From: an uncultured Muribaculaceae bacterium
GTDB lineage: Bacteria; Bacillota_I; Bacilli_A; RF39; UBA660
Length of the DNA: 63,372 nt
NCBI GenBank assembly: GCA_964370545.1
Contig: CAYJJQ010000004.1
Location: forward strand, 1-63,372
Direction: 5' to 3'
Numbering within the stretch: position 1 is the first letter of the stretch; each line of letters starts with the position of its first letter. The notes below the pieces were generated by a model. The model saw only the letters and a program-made list of their open reading frames with translations, did no database searches and was not told where the DNA came from. The position numbers and the translations under genes were made by a program. Below are positions 57,540 to 63,372 of the stretch, in pieces.

Positions 57540-58328
57540 ATGACAAAAGAAAAGTTTTATGAAAACAGAAAATTATTTTTAGTATTAATATCAATAACTT
57601 TAATAGCATTTATTATACTTTTATTTTATTTTTATAATACTAGAGAGATATATTATCAAATTACATTTGATACAAATGGAGGTAATATAATTGCTCCAAG
57701 GGCAGTAAAAAAAGAAGGATTGATTACACTTCCCCCGGATCCTACAAAAGAAGGATATGAATTTATTGGTTGGTTTAGTGATGATGTAAGAATAGATGAA
57801 TATGTGAAGATTACTGAAGACATTACTTTAATTGCTAACTGGAGAACTATGGATGATCCAGAAGACCTTCCAAATACAGAAGACAAAGAATACATAGAAC
57901 CTACTGCTATGACAAATTGTGATATACATAATACAGATAGCATTAGCTATACATATAACGAATCTTTAAATAAATGTGTAGCTACTACTGAATCTAATTT
58001 AGGAGTTTATGCATGTGAAGCTAATACCGATTATAAAAATAAATATGTAAATATTAATGGTAATGTTTGCTATAAGATAGCTATAGGTGATTATAATAAA
58101 GACAATTGTACTAATAATTTTGGTAATACAAAATGGGATGATAATTTAGGAATATGTTATGATTATAATCCATCATCAAGTAATTACTTAGGGGTAGTAG
58201 GTTGCCCTGAAAATACAACCTTAGTAGCAGGTTCTTGTCAACCAGTAAAAGATCCTGGACCACTATGTCCTGATACTCATCCAAACATTGAAGATAATAC
58301 TTGTTTTAAAAACATAACAGAAGAATAG
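57540..58328 (+). CDS. Membrane-anchored protein with Listeria-Bacteroides (InlB B-type) repeat and Cys-rich C-terminal domain
   Basis: YQITFDTNGGN...P..P.KEGYEFIGWF repeat signature; N-terminal TM; 12 or more cysteines in the C-terminal half. Confidence 0.65.
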   Translation: MTKEKFYENRKLFLVLISITLIAFIILLFYFYNTREIYYQITFDTNGGNIIAPRAVKKEGLITLPPDPTKEGYEFIGWFSDDVRIDEYVKITEDITLIANWRTMDDPEDLPNTEDKEYIEPTAMTNCDIHNTDSISYTYNESLNKCVATTESNLGVYACEANTDYKNKYVNINGNVCYKIAIGDYNKDNCTNNFGNTKWDDNLGICYDYNPSSSNYLGVVGCPENTTLVAGSCQPVKDPGPLCPDTHPNIEDNTCFKNITEE

Positions 58329-58370
58329 TCAATCTATTCTTTTTATTATATAATAACTTTAAGAGGAATT

Positions 58371-58703
58371 ATGTATTTATATTTTAAAGAAGTGTTAATT
58401 AATTTAGATATATATGAGGAAAGCATATTTAATGCTTATATTTGCAATGCTAGATTTTTACATGATAATACATTTCCAAGTTCATTTATATTAAAAAACA
58501 ATAGTTATTTAATTATAGTTCCGTATATAACAGATGAATCTAGTTTACTTAAAAACATTCATGAATATTTACATTTATATGATTATATTAATGATAATGG
58601 TTTAGTATATAGTGATGACTATTATGAAGCAAGAGCGTCATTATATGAAAAGAAATATTTAATTAAAAAAATGGTGTCGATAATATTGAAACAAAAAAAA
58701 TAA
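58371..58703 (+). CDS. Hypothetical protein (110 aa)
   Basis: ORF only; the HEYLHLYD segment is HExxH-like, but I cannot support a peptidase call. Confidence 0.4.
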   Translation: MYLYFKEVLINLDIYEESIFNAYICNARFLHDNTFPSSFILKNNSYLIIVPYITDESSLLKNIHEYLHLYDYINDNGLVYSDDYYEARASLYEKKYLIKKMVSIILKQKK

Positions 58704-58759
58704 AATGATATACTAAATTTAGTTAAACAATCCATGTTTAAAGAAAGGAAAGATGCGAA

Positions 58760-59632
58760 ATGAAGAAACTTATGGAAAACAAAAAAAATATGATTATTGC
58801 TTTAGTAGTTGTGGTTTTATTAGTAGTAATAATTGTAAATCTATTTTCTGGAACAGATGCTTTATCTAATGATTACATTCAAGTAGATGGAGTATATGTA
58901 AATGAAAGTTATGAAAGTGAGGATGACTTAAAACAAGTAGTAGTATTTTTAACAGTTAATGCTAAAGAAAATATTGAATTATCATCTAAAACTTTTAGCC
59001 TTATGGTAAATGATACTAATGAATATGATGCTTACATTGAAACTGATACACCTAATAAGACTGGTTATTACCATGCTGAATTTATTGAAGATATAGCAGC
59101 TGAAAAAGAATTTAAAATTGCATTAGTATTTGATGTAACTGAAAAAGATTTAGAAGAAGGTAATGTAATTACTTTAGATGACTTTGATGATTATGGAAAA
59201 GGTATTGAAATTAAGAGCGAAGATATTAAGAAACTTGATAGTTTAGAAGATATTAGTAAAGACATTGATGAAGAAGAATATAATACATTAATGGAAGCAG
59301 AAGAAAATGCGCTTAATGCACTTGATAGTGATAAAGAAAATGAGTATGTTGATATGGTAGATAATACTAGATATACATATAATACATTCTTAGGAACAAC
59401 TGCTATTACATATCATATTGATTTTACTAGCAAAACTGAATTTGAAGTAACATCAGTATTATCTGGTACATCAATTTCTAATGATGGTACTTATGAAATT
59501 ACAGAAGGTTATGTAGTATTAACTTACTATACATCACCTGATAAACCACTTTTAGCAAAATATGAAGTTACAGATGATGGCTTAGAAATTACTAATCCAT
59601 TTGATAGTAATGGATCAGATGAAATATTTTAA
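58760..59632 (+). CDS. Hypothetical acidic membrane-anchored protein (290 aa)
   Basis: AGGAAAG RBS, N-terminal TM and an acidic extracellular part. Confidence 0.55.
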   Translation: MKKLMENKKNMIIALVVVVLLVVIIVNLFSGTDALSNDYIQVDGVYVNESYESEDDLKQVVVFLTVNAKENIELSSKTFSLMVNDTNEYDAYIETDTPNKTGYYHAEFIEDIAAEKEFKIALVFDVTEKDLEEGNVITLDDFDDYGKGIEIKSEDIKKLDSLEDISKDIDEEEYNTLMEAEENALNALDSDKENEYVDMVDNTRYTYNTFLGTTAITYHIDFTSKTEFEVTSVLSGTSISNDGTYEITEGYVVLTYYTSPDKPLLAKYEVTDDGLEITNPFDSNGSDEIF

Positions 59633-59635
59633 TTA

Positions 59636-59659
59636 AGAGTTTAAAAAAACTCTTTTTTT
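59636..59659 (+). terminator. Rho-independent terminator
   Basis: agagtt-taaaaa-aactct plus a T run. Confidence 0.6.
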
Positions 59660-59734
59660 ACTTTAAAAATATTTCATTTGCTTATTTAATATATATATGT
59701 TATTATTAACTGCACTTATGTGTTTAGGAGTTAT

Positions 59735-61471
59735 ATGGAAAACTTATTTAAAAACTTAAATTTATCTACAAATGTTATTGATGCAATCGATCATTTGGGA
59801 TACACACAGCCTAGTAAAATACAAGAATTATTAATACCTGTTATCTTATCTGGAACTGATACTTTCGGGCAAGCTCAAACAGGAACAGGAAAAACACTTG
59901 CTTTTGCAGCAAGTATTTTAACAAACATAAAAAAAGATAAAACTGGTGTGAAAGCGCTTGTTTTATGTCCGACTAGAGAGTTAGCACTACAAATAGCAGC
60001 AGAAATAAGCACTTTAGACAATAATCGTGAGTTTAATATCATCTCAGTATATGGTGGATCTGATATTAAAAGACAAATAAATATGCTTAGAAATAATCCT
60101 GATATTGTAATAGGGACTCCTGGTAGAGTAAAAGATTTACTAAAAAGAAAAAAATTAAATCTAACTAAACTTGATTATTTTGTACTTGATGAAGCTGATG
60201 AAATGCTTAATATGGGATTTATTAAAGATATTAAAGAAATATTTAGTAAAACAAGTAGAGATAGACAAGTAATAATGTTATCTGCAACTATGGCTAAAGA
60301 TATTAAGGAATTAATAAGTAGTTATTTAAGATCTGATTATAAACACATAAAAGTTGAATCAACTAGTAAAACAGCAGATTTAATTAATCAAAATTATTAT
60401 GTAGTAAATAGTAAGCAAAAAAATGAAGTATTATATAGAATTATTGATGTAAGAACTTTAGAAAAAGTTTTAATATTTTGTAAAACTAAAAATGATTGTG
60501 ATGAATTAACTGAGAAGTTACAAGAAAAAGGATATAATGCTGATTTAATACATGGAGATGTTACGCAAGGTTTAAGAATTAAAACTTTAGCAAGATATAA
60601 AAATGGAGAATTTAATATCTTAGTTGCTACTGATGTTGCAGCAAGAGGAATACATGTAGATAATATAGATTTAGTAGTTAATTATCATTTACCATTTGAT
60701 AAAGAAAGTTATATACATCGTATTGGAAGAACGGGAAGAGCTAATGGTAAAGGGGAAGCAACAAGTTTAGTTACACATAAAGAAGGAGAATTTATGAAAA
60801 GATTAGAAAAATATACTAATGCTAAAATAGAAGAAAAAAGTATACCTACAAAAGAAGAAATAGTTAATGCTAAATATGAGGAAGTTATTAAAAAAGCAGA
60901 AGGATTAAAAGATGAAGATTTAAGTAAAGAACTTACTTATGTTAGAGATTTAAATAAAGCTGATTTAATTAATTTTGCAGCTGCTTTACTTAAACATAAC
61001 ATTAATAGTGGTATTAAAGCAGATTTAACAAAAGATATTTCTGTTAAAGAAAGAAGTGTTAGAACTATTGCAGATGATAAAACTAGATTATTTTTAAATA
61101 TTGGTAAAAAAGATGGTTTAAGAAAAAGTAGTTTATTAGAATTATTAGTTACTAAAGCAAATATTATAGAAGATAGTGTATCTAATATAGAAATACTTGA
61201 AAACTTTACATTTATAGATGTAAATAAAACTGATGGAGAGACTATTGTTAATACACTTCCAGGAAACAATTTCAATGAAAGAGAAATCAATGTAGAATTT
61301 TCTAATAAAAAAAGTACTAAAGGTAATAGAGGAAACTTTAATAGAAATAATTCAAGAGGAAATAGCTCTGATAGAAATCGTGGAAGAAATGGCGATAGAG
61401 ATAGAAGAAGTAGTGGAAGATCAGATAATAGAAGAAGAGACAACAATAGAGAAGATAGAAAAAGAAACTAA
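59735..61471 (+). CDS. DEAD-box ATP-dependent RNA helicase (CshA/DeaD-like) with DbpA-type RNA-binding domain and Arg/Asn/Asp-rich tail
   Basis: Q motif, AQTGTGKT, DEAD, SAT and HRIGRTGRA. The C-terminal ~50 aa are low-complexity (RGNFNRNNSRGNSSDRNRGRNGDRDRR...). The ATG at 59735 has an AGGAG RBS. Confidence 0.9.
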   Translation: MENLFKNLNLSTNVIDAIDHLGYTQPSKIQELLIPVILSGTDTFGQAQTGTGKTLAFAASILTNIKKDKTGVKALVLCPTRELALQIAAEISTLDNNREFNIISVYGGSDIKRQINMLRNNPDIVIGTPGRVKDLLKRKKLNLTKLDYFVLDEADEMLNMGFIKDIKEIFSKTSRDRQVIMLSATMAKDIKELISSYLRSDYKHIKVESTSKTADLINQNYYVVNSKQKNEVLYRIIDVRTLEKVLIFCKTKNDCDELTEKLQEKGYNADLIHGDVTQGLRIKTLARYKNGEFNILVATDVAARGIHVDNIDLVVNYHLPFDKESYIHRIGRTGRANGKGEATSLVTHKEGEFMKRLEKYTNAKIEEKSIPTKEEIVNAKYEEVIKKAEGLKDEDLSKELTYVRDLNKADLINFAAALLKHNINSGIKADLTKDISVKERSVRTIADDKTRLFLNIGKKDGLRKSSLLELLVTKANIIEDSVSNIEILENFTFIDVNKTDGETIVNTLPGNNFNEREINVEFSNKKSTKGNRGNFNRNNSRGNSSDRNRGRNGDRDRRSSGRSDNRRRDNNREDRKRN

Positions 61472-61528
61472 TATATTTATTGAAATAAGTACTTAATTGT
61501 TATATAATTACTTTAAAGGTAGGTTCTT

Positions 61529-62299
61529 ATGAAAGACATTAAATATTTAAAAGAAAATGGCGTTAATGTAGAAGATGCTGTTAAATTATTTGGAGATATT
61601 GAAATATATAATGAAACCATGAAAGATTTTCTTGATGGTATAAATATAAAAAAAGAAAGATTAGAAAATTCTAAAACTACAGTAGATTTAAAAAACTATG
61701 GTGTTTTTGCTCACTCTATTAAAAGTGATGCTAGATATCTAGGATTCACAACAGTAGCAGAAGTGGCTCTTGCTCATGAAATGGCAGGCAAAGAAAATAA
61801 TCAAAAATTTATTGATGATAATTATAATAATTTACTTGAAATGGTAAATAGCATGATTGATATTGCTAAAACTTATTTAGAAGGTAGTACTGAAGAAGAA
61901 ATAGAAGTTTTAGGAGATATATCTAATCTTAAACCAATTATTTTAGTAGTAGATGATAGTACTTTAATTACAGAACTTATAAGAAAAACTTTAGAAAATA
62001 CATATGATTTAGTAATTGAAAATTCTGGTATTAATGCTAAGAATATATTAATTAATAAAACTCATAATGTAAAAGCATTATTACTTGATTTAAATATGCC
62101 AGATATATCTGGATTTGAAATACTTGATTATTTAAAAGAAAATAATTTATTTAGCTCTATAAATGTATCAATTATAACAGGTGATGAAAGTCAAGAAACT
62201 ATTGCAAAAGCATTTACTTATCCAATAGTAGATATGCTAGCTAAACCTTTTAGCGTAGATAAACTAAATGATGTAGTAATAAAAACTTTAAACAGATAA
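61529..62299 (+). CDS. Hpt-domain / receiver-domain hybrid response regulator (no output domain)
   Basis: N-terminal Hpt signature HSIKSDARYLG. C-terminal REC with VVDDS, LLDLNMPDISG and KP. Confidence 0.75.
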   Translation: MKDIKYLKENGVNVEDAVKLFGDIEIYNETMKDFLDGINIKKERLENSKTTVDLKNYGVFAHSIKSDARYLGFTTVAEVALAHEMAGKENNQKFIDDNYNNLLEMVNSMIDIAKTYLEGSTEEEIEVLGDISNLKPIILVVDDSTLITELIRKTLENTYDLVIENSGINAKNILINKTHNVKALLLDLNMPDISGFEILDYLKENNLFSSINVSIITGDESQETIAKAFTYPIVDMLAKPFSVDKLNDVVIKTLNR

Positions 62300-62356
62300 T
62301 TAATTAAGCCAACGTTAGTTGGTTTTTTTATCAGAAAAAAACCAACAACTGTTGGT

Positions 62357-63372
62357 CTATATATTTTCAAAATCTATTATTATATCTCTTTTTCCTAAGA
62401 AAGCATTTTTAAGTGTGTCAGTTTCATATTTTAAATCTTCTTCTACATCTATAACTCTCATTACTTCATCTATACTAGTAACACCTTCAAGTACTTTAGT
62501 AAGTCCATCTTCAAGAAGTGATACCATATCAGCATTCTTATATACTATACTTTTTAAATCATTATTAGATATACCAGATAATATAGCATCTTTAATTTCT
62601 TTATTAATTACAAGAACTTCTTGAAGAGATATTCTTCCTCTATAACCATTCATACAATCATCACAACCAGCAGGCATATATACAGCATCTTGATCTATAT
62701 TAAGAACTTCTTTAAATAATACTTTTTCAAATGGGGTAGTAGGTCTTTGGGTTCTACACTTAGGACATAACTTTTTAGTTAATCTTTGAGATATAATACC
62801 TGATATAGCACTTCCAAGTAAATACCTTTCTATATCCATATCTAGTAGTCTTTCAATAGTGTTAAGTGAATTATTAGTATGAATAGTAGAAAGTACTAAA
62901 TGACCCGTTATAGAAGCTCTAACAGCTATTCTAGCTGTTTCATCATCTCTTATTTCTCCAATCATAATTATATCAGGATCTTGTCTTAATATACTTCTTA
63001 AAGTAGAAGCAAAATCTAAACCAATTTCACTCATTACTTGTACTTGATTAATACCATCTATTTTCATCTCTACAGGATCTTCTACTGTTATTATATTTCT
63101 AGTAGTAGTATTAAGTTCTTGAAGCATAGAATATAAAGTAGTAGTTTTACCAGTACCAGTAGCTCCCGATATTAATATAATTCCATTTGGAATAGCTATT
63201 AATTTTTTTATCTTTTCTAAATTCTTTGGTATAAAACCAAGTTTGTCTATACCAGATGAACTCATTTTGTAATCAAGTATTCTTATAACAATTTTCTCAC
63301 CATCAGTAATAGGTAAACTTGATACTCTTAAATCAAGTTCTAAATTATCGCCTAAAGATTTTATAGATCCAT
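62357..63372 (-). CDS. Type II secretion / type IV pilus assembly ATPase (GspE/PilB family), N-terminus outside the window
   Basis: The frame is open from 63265 to the window edge (…DLRVSSLPITDGEKIVIRILD). Walker A GATGTGKTT, Walker B DPDIIMIGEIRD, His box GHLVLSTIHTN and tetracysteine CPKC...CDDC. Confidence 0.85.
   Translation of the reverse strand, partial: GSIKSLGDNLELDLRVSSLPITDGEKIVIRILDYKMSSSGIDKLGFIPKNLEKIKKLIAIPNGIILISGATGTGKTTTLYSMLQELNTTTRNIITVEDPVEMKIDGINQVQVMSEIGLDFASTLRSILRQDPDIIMIGEIRDDETARIAVRASITGHLVLSTIHTNNSLNTIERLLDMDIERYLLGSAISGIISQRLTKKLCPKCRTQRPTTPFEKVLFKEVLNIDQDAVYMPAGCDDCMNGYRGRISLQEVLVINKEIKDAILSGISNNDLKSIVYKNADMVSLLEDGLTKVLEGVTSIDEVMRVIDVEEDLKYETDTLKNAFLGKRDIIIDFENI

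Noticed and set aside
60937-61446. 169-aa minus-strand ORF rich in Leu/Ser/Phe opposite the helicase C-terminus
   Set aside because: It is the antisense reading of the purine-rich (AGA/AAT/GAT) low-complexity tail of the DEAD-box helicase. This is a typical compositional artefact.
62319-62624. 101-aa plus-strand ORF overlapping the PilB/GspE gene. Other antisense or overlapping track ORFs fall in the same class: 8622..8864, 13132..13437, 27248..27448, 29585..29815, 33436..33714, 38338..38565, 39086..39304, 39527..39745, 44363..44650, 48479..48889, 49374..49965, 50448..50660, 52052..52234, 53275..53538, 54007..54395 and 57656..57943.
   Set aside because: Each lies entirely within, and antisense to or out of frame with, a longer ORF that carries clear family motifs. 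None has a convincing RBS.

Overview
This is a very AT-rich window from a Firmicutes-type chromosome, apparently an anaerobic spore-former lineage. All product calls rest on motif recognition and gene order; no searches were run. Most of the window is housekeeping. It holds yceD-rpmF, then a rearranged dcw cluster (mraZ-rsmH-ftsL-PBP2B-PAP2-[pflB-pflA]-spoVD-like PBP-mraY). After that come trpS, an ABC-F ATPase, two tRNAs, tcdA, gpsA, rarA, two Xer recombinases and a HydABC-type [FeFe]-hydrogenase. The remainder includes mtaB, recD2, ppdK, nusB-xseAB-proS, a SpoIVB-like peptidase, a DEAD-box helicase, an Hpt-REC regulator and a truncated PilB/GspE ATPase.

Three non-housekeeping items stand out:

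1. **Diversity-generating retroelement (about 15.2-22.9 kb).** It has a MutS-domain-I-like ORF, an Avd-like ORF, a DGR-type reverse transcriptase and a 91-bp AAY-rich template repeat. The cassette sits between two membrane-anchored target genes whose C-terminal variable repeats differ from the template almost only at template adenines. Two non-diversified paralogs follow immediately, and a distant paralog lies at 37.1 kb.
2. **Two paralogous loci that the ORF track misses (about 31.45-31.78 kb on +, about 51.61-51.93 kb on -).** Each encodes a 26-aa hydrophobic peptide inside a structured mRNA. The mRNA has a covariation-supported 5'-3' long-range helix and a possible anti-SD pairing. Each locus also has a convergent antisense transcription unit with a conserved promoter and terminator. 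This is the architecture of a type I toxin-antitoxin system.
3. **A rod-like structured RNA of about 170 nt upstream of tcdA**, which I interpret as a 6S RNA candidate.

No CRISPR array, rRNA or prophage was seen.
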